Of a stretch of DNA of 64,000 nucleotides, positions 1 through 14,300 are shown piece by piece. Source of the stretch: Podarcis tiliguerta (Eukaryota); assembly GCA_965153285.1 (NCBI GenBank), contig OZ229118.1, one strand, 5' to 3'. Every line of letters begins with the position of its first letter. Within the stretch, counting starts at the first letter, position 1. The position numbers and the translations under genes were made by a program. The notes beneath the pieces were generated by a model. That model was not told where the DNA came from. It made no database searches and was given only the letters and a program-made list of their open reading frames with translations.

Positions 1-470
1 GAAGGTGCCTGCCCCATACACACCATAATCCCTCCCTCCATCATCCACCCACCCAATGCCACTAAGGACAGTCCATCCCAACTTGTCCCATTTTTGACCT
101 GTTTCTTCTAACCCCTCTCACCCCCCCTCCAAAAAAAATCTGATCTAACCGGTCACAGAGGAGGAGAGAAAATCATGGGACTCCAGGGAAAGATCTACTT
201 CCTCCACTACTGACCTTTCTGAATAGGGATGATCTGAGCTGGCTATGTAGCATGTAGTGGGAAAGTGTGTATGCCCACTTAAGATGAATTCCTGTGTCCT
301 CAGCCCACAACTCTGACTTCATACATTGGTGAGGACTTAGAGCAGCCAGGCTAGGCTAGCTAATTTCACAGAAATTGTTGTGTGGAGGGCTCACATTTAG
401 GCTTATAATGTTTCTCTTAGAGCATATGTACAAAGTTTTAAAAATCGTGTCCTCCCTAAAAGAGGGCACG

Positions 471-1208
471 TGTTGTGGTGAGACCTGGAGACTGACCTCC
501 TGTGTTGTGGGTGGGTAAGATTGGTCAGCCACAACACCCGAATGGTAGGTCCCTCAATGCTGGGTTCAATCCGGCCAATGGGGCGCAATCCAAACTGATT
601 GAGGGACCTATATATGACCCACATGCGTGCATTTGGAACACCCACCCACCTCTCCCTACTTTTAGGGCTTTTGCGCTTGACCTTGCTATGCCGTCGTGTT
701 TCGTCTGTCATTGGGACAGGCATGGCAGGAATTTTCCCCACTTGGCTGATTGGCTGTTGCCATTGGGGTTTTGCCTGCCACGTAGCAAATCGTCACAACT
801 TGTAAGGTTGCGGATAGGCTCTGCTTCAGGTGATAGGGATGGGAGAACGCTCTTGCCATCCCTATGTGATGGGATGAGATGTTGTTGAACTACAACTCCC
901 ATCACGCCTAGCTAGCTAGGTCAGAGAGGGTTGTGCCCGTGCCTAAGTCCAGGGGCATATCTGGGTGGCGGACATAGTCTGTTCCTGGCTTTCTACCTAT
1001 CTGGGTGTTCACCCTTGGCTGACCTATGCTGGTGCCCTGGGTCAGTGCTACCTGCAAGGGTGCAGGGAGATAGTCGAACCAGAGCCTATGCAACCACTCA
1101 CTTTCTGTAATCAATAAAGTTGTGGCCTAAATTCTGCAAAAAACCAAACTAAAATTTGAGTCAAGTGTGAATTTATTTAGGGGGGAGGTCTCTAGGGCTG
1201 AGCACGCA
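471..1208 (+). mobile_element. Putative solo LTR (Gypsy/ERV-like)
   Basis: GC-richer ~740-bp block starting TGTTG and ending GCACGCA, with AATAAA at ~1113 followed by GTTGTGGCC as in reptile LTRs. No clear TSD; boundaries approximate. Confidence 0.4.
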
Positions 1209-2024
1209 AAAAGGAAAGCTAAGACTCAGTCGCATCTGCTGCTGGTATTGCAAATGCTGCCCCTTTCAGATTTGTTACCCTGGGCAATTGCCCTCCCATA
1301 AATATGTCTTAGGCTCTGTGTATGACATGATCAAGCTACATGGAGGCATAGCTAAACTGTGCACTGCTCACTGATAGTTCAATAGCAATATGCTTGAATG
1401 TACTACTTTCAATTGAAAATTATATCCCGGAGCAACTCTGAATATCATTGTGACTACTGTCATGGCTAGGAATGCATATAGGCTGCCTTTAGCAACAAAC
1501 AGCACTTCAGAAATAAGAAAAATAAAGAGGTGCCTGCATACATCAATGACATTCTCACACCTTGTCAGCCCTCTATGAGCCAAAAACAAATATCTTGTGT
1601 TATTCACTTTCCTGTGTGTTCTCTTCCAAAGTAAACGAAGCGGCTAAAGGCCATCAATTAGCTATTTCCCTGCAGGCTTCTAAACCTCTATGGCACTTCA
1701 TGATAACAGCATTAGGAAATGTCAAACAGAGACATGTCAAAAAATACGACATTAATTACGTATAATCTGTGGGTTCTTATTTTAAAAAACTATGATGTGA
1801 ATGAATGCAAATTACATTTGTGTCAAAGAATTCTGTTCTTTAACTAAGAGCAAACACACAAATGGAGAGAATTTCTGTATCTGCGTCCACTTACAGCAGA
1901 ATTCAAGGGGCATATATTGACCATGTTAAAGGTTAATTCCCCCCCTAAAATCGGAGACCCTCAGCATGTGACAACAAACTAGAAAGTCAGCAAGTAGTGC
2001 CAACCTAGTAGATACCATTGATTA

Positions 2025-2347
2025 CCATAGTTTTCCCTGTATAAGATGAGGTTTATTCTTTAAAAGTAGTGTTTAAAATTGGGGGTCGTCTTATACACAG
2101 ATAGTGCTGCCGCTACCCAAAGATTGTTAGCGGCTATTGGGCATGTTATTGTTGGCTGCTGCAATGGCTGGTGTTGATTGGCTGTCGCTGTGGGTGGGTG
2201 ATTGGTGACTCAGCAACTCTGGGCAATTGGGTGGGTGATTGGCGACTCAGCAACTCTGGGCAATCTCCCCCCATTTTTCTTAATTTGGAGTCCCCCAAAA
2301 TAGGGAGCGTCTTATATACAGGGACATGTTATACACGAAAAATATGG
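2025..2347. mobile_element. Non-autonomous Tc1/mariner-type MITE
   Basis: Imperfect TIRs CCATAGTTTTCCCTGTATAAGA / TGTTATACACGAAAAATATGG, flanked by TA on both sides; internal ~37-bp tandem duplication (GGGTGGGTGATTGG..ACTCAGCAACTCTGGGCAAT x2). Confidence 0.7.
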
Positions 2348-5086
2348 TATAGCTGTCTTTATGCCTTTTAAACAACATGCATTCATTCTTCTGAGTGTTT
2401 AACTAGTCAGTCAAATGAGAGGACCCCAGGTCAACTAGAATTCAATGTTTGGTTCCTCTTTTTTTTTTGGCTTTTCATTAGGCCACTACACGATGCTTTA
2501 GTATACATTTCCTCCCACAGGATATTGCTATCATCTGGAGTGGGCGATTGTCATGGTTTGTGAAAAGTTATTGCCACTGTTGCCAAAATTTGATTTCTGT
2601 TGAACTGAGAATGACTCATTTTAATGCATAAATTTTTATATGTAAATGCAAGATTTAAAATATAAATAAAGCAACTGCAGCATGATTCTGCTTTGAGGTG
2701 TAGATTTGTTAAAGTACATCCCAGCAAAAGCATTTTTATTTCTTTATCCTATTTTTGTAGGATGAGGAAAGTCACATTTGACATTTCCCCAGAGACTGTC
2801 ATGATGTGGCTAGATTCTAAAGTACAAACTTAACAGCCAAACTCTGAAATGTACATTACCTTCTAATAAATTACAGCGGACTTGAGATGCTGCAAATTTT
2901 TGCTGAGATGAAAACTGATTGTAGTAGGAATTTAAGAAAAAAATAGTTCTGTGCACACAATTTCAGTTGTCCACATTCCATGTTCTCACTAGTTTATGCA
3001 TAAAGGGCTTATTCAAAGTTAGCGCAAAACACTGTGTAGTTCATTTCTTCGCAATGCAACCCATTTCCTTTCAGCAAATCAATCCTGAAATATTATATTA
3101 CAGCAATACAAATCATCTTTTGAACTGTTATTAGAAAAAGATGGGATGTCTGATCTAATACATTTCGCCTAGCTCCAAAAACTTTATTTTTTAAAAAAAA
3201 CAAGGATGCGTGAAGATTGTAAGGGAAAGGAAATGAAGAGTGTGGCAAATTCCCTCAATAAAAATGGAAGCGTGGTAACATTTGGCAGTTGGGAGTACTT
3301 TAAAACTTTGACAATCCCTGTCAGTACAGTTGAGGGTTCTGAGATTCTCTTGAGGTTGAAGCGTTTACTAATATCCAGCAGAAATGGAGGTGACCTATCT
3401 AGCAGTAATAATGTGAAAAGAAAACCTGTACCCATTTATCCCTCAACTAGAATATTGAAGTAATGATGAGGCATGGAAAATTATTTATAGATACTTGACA
3501 ACGGTCAAACTTTTGACATGCTTTCTTGCATGAAATTAGTGGCCCTAGATGGGATTGCATATCTATGCTAGACTTGTTCATCAGATTCAGTGGAGACCAG
3601 GTGAAGACTATGCTGTGGAGCTGCGTATCTGAATTTCCCCTGCTGAATTGGGCAACTGTATCTGCTCTTGCCTGGCAGCATCAATAATTTTGTGGAAACT
3701 GCAGTACCCTGCATCACTGCACTCAAGTGAATGGAAAATTCACTTTGAAATTCTAGAAAAGCAGAGAAGATCTAGATTTAAGCGAGGTCAGTGGGTCCAT
3801 GGCAGCAGTCCACCAATCAGCACTGGGCATCCCCAGCGAGCATATGTGATCTGCTACTTAATTTCCTTGGAGTGATACCATGTTGGGGGAAGTTATGGGG
3901 ATCCAATGTCATTTCAAAGCATTGTTTACCGGGGGGGGGGGGGTTCCTTAAAATTGTTCAAGAAAACTGCCTGTGGTATGTTGTGCTAGCATATTGCTGG
4001 TATCCTGGCATGTTCCCAAGAAAGGTGTTGTTTCTGGACCTGCTACAGATAACCGTATAGAGTTATCTGTATAGATCTGTATACAGTTAACTGTATAGAG
4101 TTGTATAGAGCCACTGTGGTTCAGTGCTAGCATGCTGTATAAAGTAACCCCAGGTTCAAATCATTCTTCAGCTCTGAAGCTAAGGGTTGCTTTGTGAAAA
4201 TCACTGTCTCTCAACCTAACCTACTGTGCGGCATTGCAGTAGGGCAAAATGCTCTTTGAAGGAAGAATGAAACACCAATGCAACATTAAAATGGAAAGCG
4301 AAAGAGAGATTAACTGTTCTTTTTTCAAAGAATATCTGCTGCCATCTGTTGACTTTTTAGGGTCTTCTAATTTCACAAATAAAATAGATTATCATATGCT
4401 AGTCACGCAGTGTGCTCTCATAACGGATATTTTCCAATTAGCCATTAGGAATTGCAAACCATATGCTTCCCTTGGGTATTTAAAAGGTGCAGAAAAGACA
4501 TAAAATCTAAGGAAGACTAGAATCTGAGACTATACTAAACTGCATAAGGAAAAATAATATTTCTAATTAAACTCAGTGAAGTGAGAAATGTTGCATTGTG
4601 CACTTGGGAATCCTGAGTTCTTTCAGAGTTTTTCAGTGTGCCTTCATTTATTCTCTGCCCTTGCAACTATTTGCTTGTTGCCTTGACTCTGTGCAAGGGG
4701 TTAAAGGTTCGAGCATTGTGTTCCTCTACAGAAGTACAGAACTGAGTGAAAATCAGGCAAACATTTAATCCTGTTCAGACGTTCAAAGGAAGTGTGAACT
4801 GAACTGTGGGGCTTGTTATACTGGTCCAAGGGCCAGCGGCAGGGGTTCCCCATTTGATTGACAGATATATGATGAGAATGGTGTGGAGGAAGCAAGGGGT
4901 GTACATGGATGTGTCCCTGCCCCAGTGCCCTCATCCTTTCCCACTTTACCTATGACCTTTCTGCATTGAGTGAGAACATTGAAGGAGGGATGCAAGCATA
5001 TTCTGAGGAATGCACTTAGAAGCCTCAGCCCAATAAGGAATCCTGCACCCACTCCATACCCTCTTGCCTTCTTTTGAATACTAGAA

Positions 5087-5205
5087 TAAGCTTACCAGAT
5101 CCAGGGACACTTTTCAACTTTGGTAGGAATGATAGGATTTTGTATGGGGACTGTTTTGTAAATCCAGTGACTGTCCCCGGGAAATGGGGACATCTGGTAA
5201 CCTTA
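5087..5205. mobile_element. hAT-type MITE
   Basis: TIRs TAAGCTTACCAGAT / ATCTGGTAACCTTA; 8-bp TSD TACTAGAA / TGCTAGAA (1 mismatch), the size typical of hAT. Confidence 0.7.
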
Positions 5206-5954
5206 TGCTAGAACAGGGCTTTTGTCCTATTCAGAAGACCAGATGGAGGTCCAAACTGGGCAGACTTTCTGCTCTCACTTAGGAACTCCTCCAGATCTGT
5301 ATTTCAGATTAATGTCTATTTCCCACCAGTGTGATGAATACTGCCCAACATCCTCGACTAACTCAGGAGATGCAAGTTCAGGAATGCAATGCTGGAAAAA
5401 GACTTCTGCTTCTCCTATGAAGTGTAACTAAAGATTCACTGGGAATCTACCAATCTTGCAACTGCAATCTTGCTGCACTTCAAACTGGGGCTAATGTGAC
5501 TAGAGAAAACACAGGTTTGTTCTTCAAGTGTGTATCACATAACATCAATGCCTCCCTGGGGGCATTGCTAAATTTTTATGAGGGGGTAACTTGGTGCTTC
5601 ATTTCTTGTAATACTGATTTTGCGCATGGATGGCTGCCAAGAGATGTTTAAAAGCAATCTCTGAGAACATGACAGAGCATCTAGCTACTCTATTTTATAC
5701 AATAGTAGTAAAGATGAAAAACCTGACTCATATAAGAAGTCCAATAAAATTAAATCGGCATGCTTCCCCACCCCCACCCCCATGCAGTGTTTCTCCTCTT
5801 GCTGTTTGGCATTGCCTTCCTTGACAATTGGGATGAACTTGTACAGTATAACAAATTTTTCAGCTGCTTTGTGTTTTTCTTGAATCTTGGCACAACACAT
5901 CTGAGGACAACATCCCCAAGACATTCACACCTTCAGCCAGGTACATATTGCTCA

Positions 5955-6260
5955 CAGAAATTCAATTCAACTCGTCTTTAAAGGCAATCTTACCTAATTT
6001 GGACATTTGGGGAAAAGATGGAAATAAAAGCACACCCATCCTTCAAAATTCCCACTTATCCAAATTTTGCAGTGCAGTTTTTCAGTCAAGTAATGTTTAC
6101 AAAAATACATACACTAGGATAAGTGTGTACACAAATGCATATATTAATGAAAAGAACATACAAAAAAATCATTATATTAGGTGAAATTGCTTTGCAATAA
6201 ATGTGTATGTTAGGCAAATTTGCATATAAACTTGTATATCTGTAAAAATTCATACTCAAA
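5955..6260 (+). repeat. Diverged AT-rich interspersed squamate repeat (unclassified, probably DNA-transposon derived)
   Basis: Shares motifs (CCTTCAAAATTC..TTTTGCAGTGCAG..AAGTAATGT..ACAAAAATGCAT) with copies at ~14330-14860 (-), 15200-15625 (+), 29720-30130 (+) and 37547-37700 (-). Confidence 0.6.
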
Positions 6261-7240
6261 TGCCCTCCTTTGGATAAGATCTTTCACATATTTTGTAAAT
6301 TAAGGTGAAGGGTTTTTTAAGTGTAAACCATACTCTACTATGCATCTTTTTATTTCTCTTAAATATCCTCCAAACATTTCACCCACACCATAGAATCCTT
6401 TAAATCTGCCTTATTTTTCATTTTATGTGAAAATCCATGCCAATGTTCTATCTTCTAAATTCAACTGTAGTTAGGATCACTTCTAGGTTATCACCACTGT
6501 ATCCCTGACCCCTATTTCTTCCCAAAGGGGAAGCTATGGCAGTGGTGCTGCTGAATCCCCCCTATTCTGGAAAATCTTACTGGAGCTCCTTTTCTAACTG
6601 GCGATTTATCTTAATAAAATGGAAAACTGAATTTAGATCAAAAACGTGAAATTTTAAAAATGCAAAGAAATGCATGTTTCCAAGTATATTTTTCATTCTC
6701 CATCTTATACAATGGAGTTCTGTTTGATCTGTAGAATGTTGAATGGGTTGTGCTGTTTGCTGAGACTGAGAACCTGATAATCTATGTTATCATAGAAAAT
6801 GAGCTCATTAAATCTGAGATGTAATAATTCCGCAACTCATCATATGAAAGCTCACTGAGATAATGGGCAAAGGATTAATGTAATCATTTCCAAATGAATA
6901 TATAAAGACTGGCATTTTGATGCAGTAAACAATAACATTTGTGAAAACAGGTACTTCATAATAACTAAAGTTATTTCCTTTCAGTTGCCTTTTAAAAATG
7001 CTTTATGGAAACACTTCAGGGAAGGTGGATTTTAGTATATTGTCAGTAAAAAGTCTAAATGACTAGGCCTGGTGCTTAATATCGAAGCTACCCTAAAATT
7101 TTGTCAAATTTGCTTGTGTCTTCCTATTGCTCATAGCTACACACACACCCCTACTGTGTTTATTTCCAGGGAAGTGTAAGGTCATAGTGGAATAATTACA
7201 TGAATTTTAATTGATTCATCATTTAAGCAATCAATTATCT

Positions 7241-7328
7241 GTGCAATCCTATGTATATTGACTCAGAAGTTAGCCCCAATGCATTCAACAGGACTTAATG
7301 CCCGATAAATTTGTACAAGACTGCAGCC
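7241..7328. repeat. ~90-bp hairpin (MITE-like) repeat
   Basis: GTGCAATCCTATG...AAGACTGCAGCC, imperfect palindrome; related copies at 37465-37536, 51512-51607, 60750-60838 and the split copy at 16379-18465. Confidence 0.6.
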
Positions 7329-9092
7329 TAAATATGCATACATATGGATATAAGGAAAAACAATAGCTTGGACTGAGAGCTGCACAGAACAAAACTCAAT
7401 GAACTGGATACTCCCACAGATGGGGAGGGAATTGTAACCCTCTTCCCCTTTCCTCCCGCTTGCAGCCCCCTGTGCTCCCAAATGTGTTCTGGGTGGGTTG
7501 GTGATCCCTCCAAAACTGCATAGGATTGGCAGCTAGAGGGTGAGGGAGAAACTGGTGAAAATTTACCTCCTCCTTCCACACCTTGGACCTTTTCCTGATC
7601 CACCTCATTTCCTCAGGCAGGTCTTGGTTCAATGCAATAGCTTTCAAGTGGAAGGCTTCTCGCTTTGTGTTTAGATGACTAATTTAACTGCTGTAACAGT
7701 ATCATCTAACGCTGGGGTAGGAAATGTCAGGCCCAGGGGCGTAATGCAGCACTCTAGGCTTTTCTGTTTGCCCCTGGAATTCTCCCCAGTCCAAACCGCT
7801 CTTCTCAATCCATACTTTGGCTGTGGTTAGTGGGGCAGTTTCCCATTTATCCCAATAGACCATCCTTCACTGCCTGAGACCATAGACATTATCTGACCTA
7901 CTAGGTTTCCTTTTCACTTCCCCCCCCCCCATAGGTAGTTTTTCATTTTCTCAACATAGAGCTTGCACTTAAAAAGAATCTGTTGGGGTTTTATGCCAGC
8001 ATGAGAAAAATGAGTATCAGTGGAGCTGCAATGGCATCTTTTTATTAGATCCCAATTAGGCTGCCGCAATGACATTATTACACTTGCACACCATGTTTCT
8101 GAAATACATCAGCATTAATATGCCATCTTTTTAGAATTTGTAGTCTGTGAGAATTTCCAGGAGGAATTAATAAAAAAAAAAAACCTCTATGCAAGTCTAG
8201 TGTTGGTATAGCCTAAAAGGTGTAAACAAAATGATAAATTTCTTAGCTGTTCTTAGAAATGGCAACCTAGTCTTTATAATTTTCTTTGCTTATTTAGCTT
8301 TTAAACTTGAGCCAAGCTGCACATGTTTTGGACTTTGTATGCATGCATGCATGCATGCATGCATGACAATTTTTATATAATGGGAAAGAAACAGGTTGTT
8401 AAGAAAGCACAAGCTGTGTGGTTTAAGTAGAATTGTGTAGTGTGCTTTTTCTGGGAAACAAAATGTTATTTCATCTTCTACTAGTATGGTACTGTTGCCA
8501 CTTCCCCATGGGTAGGTGGACATTGGTTCAATGGCATTTATTTATTTTAAAGACCTTGTAGGATGGCCAAGCATCATACTTCTTTCCAATGTGACCAATT
8601 TCTATGCATTTCAATGGAAGGGAATAATCTAAAACAATGAGAAAAATAATGTAACTATTTGCGTAACATTTACAGACTCAACTCCCCCCCCCCCCCCAAA
8701 AAAAAACACACTAGCAAATACCTCTTGTATTTGCTTGCATGATTTCCATTCCTGATCTCTGAACATGCAAATTGTGGCGATTCCTGCTCCCTTTTCAATT
8801 TTTGACTCAATTCTGCGACATCTCTACTCAAAGGTCAGAGCATCTGCTTGGCATGAAGAAGGTCTAAGGTTCAGTCCCTAGGTAAGGCAACTTCCCATGT
8901 TCCTCAGCTTGAAATGCATGGATCAACACACAGTAATGGACAGAAATACTGAACCCACTCCTTATCTGTTCCTTCCTCATCATTGTGAGCACAGGAACAT
9001 GGGACATCATTCTTCCCCTCTGAGACTTTCTTGATTTATGTGAGTAGCCCTTACATAGGAAGGATCCCTGACAAACTGGTTGTCTTTAGCAC

Positions 9093-9349
9093 AGAGCCAC
9101 TGTGGTGTAGTGGTTATGAGCGGTAGTGTCGTAATCTGGGGAACTGGGTTCACGTCTCCGCTCCTCCACATGCAGCTGCTGGGTGACCTTGGGCCAGTCA
9201 CATTTCTTTGAAGTCTCTCAGCCCCACTCACCTCACAGAGTGTTTGTTGTGGGGAAGGAAGGGAAAGGAGAATGTTAGCCGCTCCCTTAAAGGGAGTGAA
9301 AGGCGGGATATTAAATCTAAATCTCTTCTTCTTTTTCTTCTTCTTCTTC
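9093..9349 (+). mobile_element. tRNA-headed SINE with L2-like tail (Squam3-like)
   Basis: AGAGCCACTGTGGTGTAGTGGTT A-box head, GGTTC B-box-like motif, GGGTGACCTTGGGC core, (CTT)n tail; near-identical to other copies in the window. Confidence 0.85.
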
Positions 9350-10711
9350 AGTTATGCAGGCATCATTGGGCTGTTAGACACTACAAAAGTGCATGATGTG
9401 TTACAGCTAATTAAATGTTTCTGTAGCAAAAAAACTGATTATTGTGCTCATTTACATGAAGGATAGGCTACCTGTGGCTCTCCAAATATTTCTGAACTGC
9501 AATTCCCATCATCTCTGGCTATTGGTCTAGGGTCCCCAGGTTCTCAACCCAATTTCCACTATTGGATAGTGTTGGAACAAAGACTGGAAGTAACTTTATA
9601 GATTAACCATCCAGGATAAGCATTGCTAGCTACTGGGATATCTCTGCTTGTTTACTTCCTTGTGACACCTAATGTACTTCCATTACCTGAATAAGAAGGA
9701 CTGAATTGTACCCAATGGCAGCTTTGCACTAGAAAAAATGAACATGTGCAAGGCGGGGTACCCAATTTTCATCAACCTCTCTCCTCACTGCTTTGAAAAG
9801 CAGAACACTATGGGACATTACACAGTGGGCTGCAGCTGGTAAGGAAAATCAATAGAGAAAAGGTGCCTTGCACCTTGGATGAAGGAAGGGCTTTCTGCAA
9901 AAAGCCACCATTGGATACAACCCCCATATATCTGTGAATAATTACATTTCCTTCTGTCGGAAGAAGGAACCCAACAAGCTATTATTCAAAATTCTTATTT
10001 TCAAATCCAGATGGAGGAATATGCTGCTTTAATTTTCAGGCTGTAGAACAGAATTAATTTTCAGTTCTTACAATAGAAAAGCTGTTTCCAAATGTTTTGT
10101 GGCGGTTCCTATTAATTTCTATAAATTTCATGGAAGCCCGGTGTGTTCATGCAGGTTCACAAATTTATCTTCACTTGCCAGGGAAAGTCTGGGAGCCAAA
10201 ATGTACATGGTCTAGTTGTCATTGCCGCTGAAGATACATGAGGCATAAATAATACATCTCTTTTAAGTCACAGGAAAGCTGTTGTAGTGACAGAATAGCG
10301 AGGAAAATAATAGCTCTTAAAAGTACATTGAGAAAAATATGACATGCAAGACACAGTAAACACAGAGTCCATATGCAGTGCTCATGTTCCATTAGGCAAA
10401 GTGCTGGATTTTACCCCCCTCCCCAAGCCTATTAATGTCTTAATGAAAATGGTGCTTTCTTTCCTGGAAAATATTGAACAACCCCTTTTATCAATGAGAC
10501 AAGCCACAAACAAGAGATTTTTCATGGATAGGGAGCACGGAAGAAGATATGTCTCCTTCCCATGACCTTGCCGTAGCATCATGTTTTTTCAGCGAAAGGA
10601 TACCACAGGGTGGAATTTTTCCAAACGCAACAAAGCATCTTGTGGCAACTTAAAGTCTTAAGGGTTTACTGTGAGGTAATCTTTTGTCCACATTATCTGA
10701 CTTGAAGCTTA

Positions 10712-11062
10712 GGTAAAGGTAAAGGGACCCCTGACTGTTAGGTCCAGTTGCGGATGACTCTGGGGTTGCAGCACTCATCTTGCTTTATTGGCCGAGGGAG
10801 CCAGCGTACAGCCTCTGGGTCATGTGGCCAGCATGACTAAGCCGCTTCTGGCGAACCAGAGCAGTACACAGAAACGGCGTTTACCTTCCAGCCAGATCGG
10901 TACCTATTTATCTACTTGCACTTCATGCTTTTGAACTGCTAGGTTGGCAGGAGCAGGGACTAAACAACGGGAGCTCACCCCGTTGTGGGGATTAGAACCG
11001 CTGACCTTCTGATCAGCAAGCCCTAGGCTCTGTGGTTTAACCCACAGCACCACCCGCGTCCC
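10712..11062 (-). mobile_element. Sauria SINE, full length
   Basis: (ACCTTT)n tail and GGGACGCGGGTGG head on the minus strand; 14-bp TSD TGACTTGAAGCTTA at 10698-10711 and 11064-11077. Confidence 0.92.
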
Positions 11063-11519
11063 TTGACTTGAAGCTTATGCTGCAATAAATCTACATGTCT
11101 TGCTAATAGAGAGCTTGCTTGTGGGGGGAATGAGTGACTGTGTGGGAGACACCGCCCACCACTGTTGGGTGAAAAGGCTGTCAGAACAAGACAGTTCCGA
11201 CAAGACAATGGTATTTGGATGTCACAAGAGAGGTGAAGAGGGAGACAAGGAAGACATTTGCAGCACTTATAGCATCCTGCCTTTGCTTACTTGTGTGTGA
11301 TGAGCTGTCTGTGGACCTCCAGTTGTTGTAGTAAACTTGAGTATTTCAGATGCATAAGTTCATAGGGAAGTCAAAATTTGGTCACCTCGTCACAGTGCAA
11401 AAATACACATGTCTACTCAAAAGTAAACCTGAGTTTAATGGAACATGCTCCTTAAGTTGTGACTATTCTAAACCTCGGAGTAAATTCCATTAAACTCTGT
11501 GAATCTTTCCCTTGCCTCT

Positions 11520-11840
11520 GTATCATTAAACTCAAGAGGACATGATCTCTTCCTCTAAAGGTTCCCAGTATTTCAACTTCATTGATAATTTACTCCCTGT
11601 TGGTGAGAACCAGATCCAAGATAAACGATTCTCTTGTTGCTTCTTCCACCTTCTGGGAAATGAAATTGTCAGTGAGTCAAGGGAGAAATTGTTGGGCCTT
11701 ACATTCTTGGCGGAGTTTTAATTCCAATGGATATTTGGGTAGTTGAAGTCTCCCAAGACTACGATATATCTCCATTTTGAATATTTGAATATGCTCTAGG
11801 AAGGCATTGTCCAAGTTTTAAGTCTGGCGTGGAGGTCTAA
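11520..11840 (-). mobile_element. Degenerate CR1 LINE ORF2 endonuclease fragment
   Basis: Minus-strand translation gives RPP..., VVLGDFNYPNIHW and DNFISQKVEEATR..ILDLVLTNRE motifs of the CR1 APE domain, with disablements. Confidence 0.7.
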
Positions 11841-14101
11841 GAGAGGCAGAGAGATTGATTGATTAGGTCTTTGGGGCCCTTATAGCAGTGTCCCACTCCC
11901 AGGATGATAGTTGTCCTACTGTTATAGAGAATGAGCATCTCAGGGAATTAGGTTATCACTCTGAAACTGAACAGAGTTTGGAATGGATCCAGCTCATAAA
12001 GCATACTTCATGCCCCATCCTGATTGGTCAATCAATCCTCGTGTGTTTACCCCCTTTCACCCCTGAGTCAAACCACTGGAGCTCTTCTTAGGAGGCTAGG
12101 GTGTGGCAAATTTGACAACCCTAAAGGGTTGGAGCGAGATTGTTTTATCAAATTTAGCCAATTTCTTTGGAGCACCTATAATATACAGTAACATCTTACA
12201 GACTATTTCATTTACAGCATTCCATGGAAAAAGCTGACTTTTACTCTGACGCATTAACTGTGGAGGCTATTTACTTACTTACTTACTTACTTACTTACTA
12301 TCTTACTTACTGCCCTTCAGCTGATGATTACAGGATGGTTCACAACATATAAATCTATTTATTTATTTAAATTTGTATACTGCCCTTCATCCAAAGATCA
12401 CAGGGTGGTTTACAATATAAAAATACAAAATGAGGACACAAAATACATAATAAGAAAACAAAAAACAAAAATCCCTCCCATAAACACATTTAAAAAGCCA
12501 TATTTATTGAGGATAATAATATAACACGACTTAAAATGGTTTTCATTTCAGTGATATTTTTCATCTATTAAAAATGAAAACCCAGAGGAAACTGAAACCA
12601 GGTTTATTCCTAGGACAATGTTTGTTCTTAGAAGATGCTCTTTGCGTGAACATATAATTCAAGAGTTCTATATCTCAAATGAATGGGACCATAGAAGACT
12701 ACAGGATTCTTGAAGAGATTGCTCAAGAATTCCACCCCAACGGCTGAATAGTCATTAAAGAAGAGTTGTGCTCTGTCTGTCCCTTAGAGTATAATAGAAA
12801 CCTACTCTGTTCCTGGTAGCATGATACCTAGTAATAAAGCTACATTTCTTTTGACTGCAGCTTACAGCTCAGCTCTCAAAGAAGTACAACTTCTATGTGC
12901 CAGTGAATATCATGAGTACATTCAGCATTCATTTTATTCCACTTTAATTTAGAAAAGAAAACTTATGATTCCCCTGGTATGTCTCACTTTTCACATAAAG
13001 TATTATATTTCTGTGATTTATTGAGATATTAACATGGAAATGGTGATGTTAAACAATACTTTGAATAGCTCTAAAAGTGTAGTGGGAATCATGATTTCAT
13101 AAGAAGAAAATTAGTTATGTAGGTAACATTATTGTATAATTTCCCATAGGGTCTCTACATCAGGCCAGATTTTATTATATTCTAAAACAAAGTTGCTTGC
13201 ATTCATTTTCGATATAAAGTACCATAGGATGCAGCAATATCGTAAGACACCTCACAGTACAAGCAAAGACATCTGTTAATGATACCATGAATAGTTATAA
13301 ACTGTGGATCTCAAATGGCTTTGCCAGCAAAGCAGGGCCTTCTAATTTATTTTTATAGCCAATGGATGCCTCATTTTTCATGGTTTGGTAGTTCGCATTC
13401 AAATATACCAATAACGTCCAATGCAATCACGCCTACACAGCATGTTTTACTGTAGAACACAAGGCGGAATAGCTAATGGTCTGTTGGTGGGCAGTCATCT
13501 TTAGCAGCAGGTTGCTGCATGGTTGTATATTGCAGGTTGCAAAAATAATTTGTGAAATGGAATGTATTATACGAAGATACAGTATGCTTTCAACCACGGG
13601 CACATTTAATCTAATATCTGAGGGGTGAACCAAATGGAGAGAAGACTAGAAATTTGGAACCTGTTTCTTTTTTAAAAAATCCCAAATATAATCAGTGGTT
13701 CTTCCTCAAAATGTTTTCATATCCAAATGGACGGACAATTCTGTAATGCTTTTTTCCAATAATGTGATGTTCATTGTGGATGCTTAATTTTAAAAGAACA
13801 GGCACTGAAAACTGGAATAAACGAATCAAACAATTTCAGGATTTTTTAAATGTCTGTTGTTAGCTATTTGTGGGATGGTTTATGGGCCCAGGGGTCAGGG
13901 AAAGTCATATGAACTTTCAGGGAATAATCTTCTAAATAATCTGGGCTTCAAGCAATTCTTACCCTCCCTCTGTTTCTGCTATAAAGAAAGGATGCCACTT
14001 AAGCCTACAATTATCTTCTTTGGAATATTAATTATGCAGCCCATAATGCCAGGGCATATTGCAATCAAGCACCACTTCCTCCTGAAGTTCTTTTCTGCCT
14101 T

Positions 14102-14105
<4 letters not shown>

Positions 14106-14138
<33 letters not shown>

Positions 14139-14248
14139 CAAAAAAACTTCTACATATGAATGGGCACAATGTTCATTCTGATCAGACTGTTTAGGAGCAT
14201 TGAAAGGTACCAAAAAGATTGTGTGTGTGTGTGTGTGTGTGTGTGTAT

Positions 14249-14296
<48 letters not shown>
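14106..14296. repeat. Microsatellites (GT)n and (GT)n(GA)n
   Basis: Visible dinucleotide runs at 14106-14135 and 14221-14296. Confidence 0.95.

Positions 14297-14300
<4 letters not shown>

Noticed and set aside
2761-2833. Exon after a good acceptor (TTTTTGTAG) reading MRKVTFDISPETVMMWLDSKVQT
   Set aside because: No convincing donor and no recognisable protein similarity.
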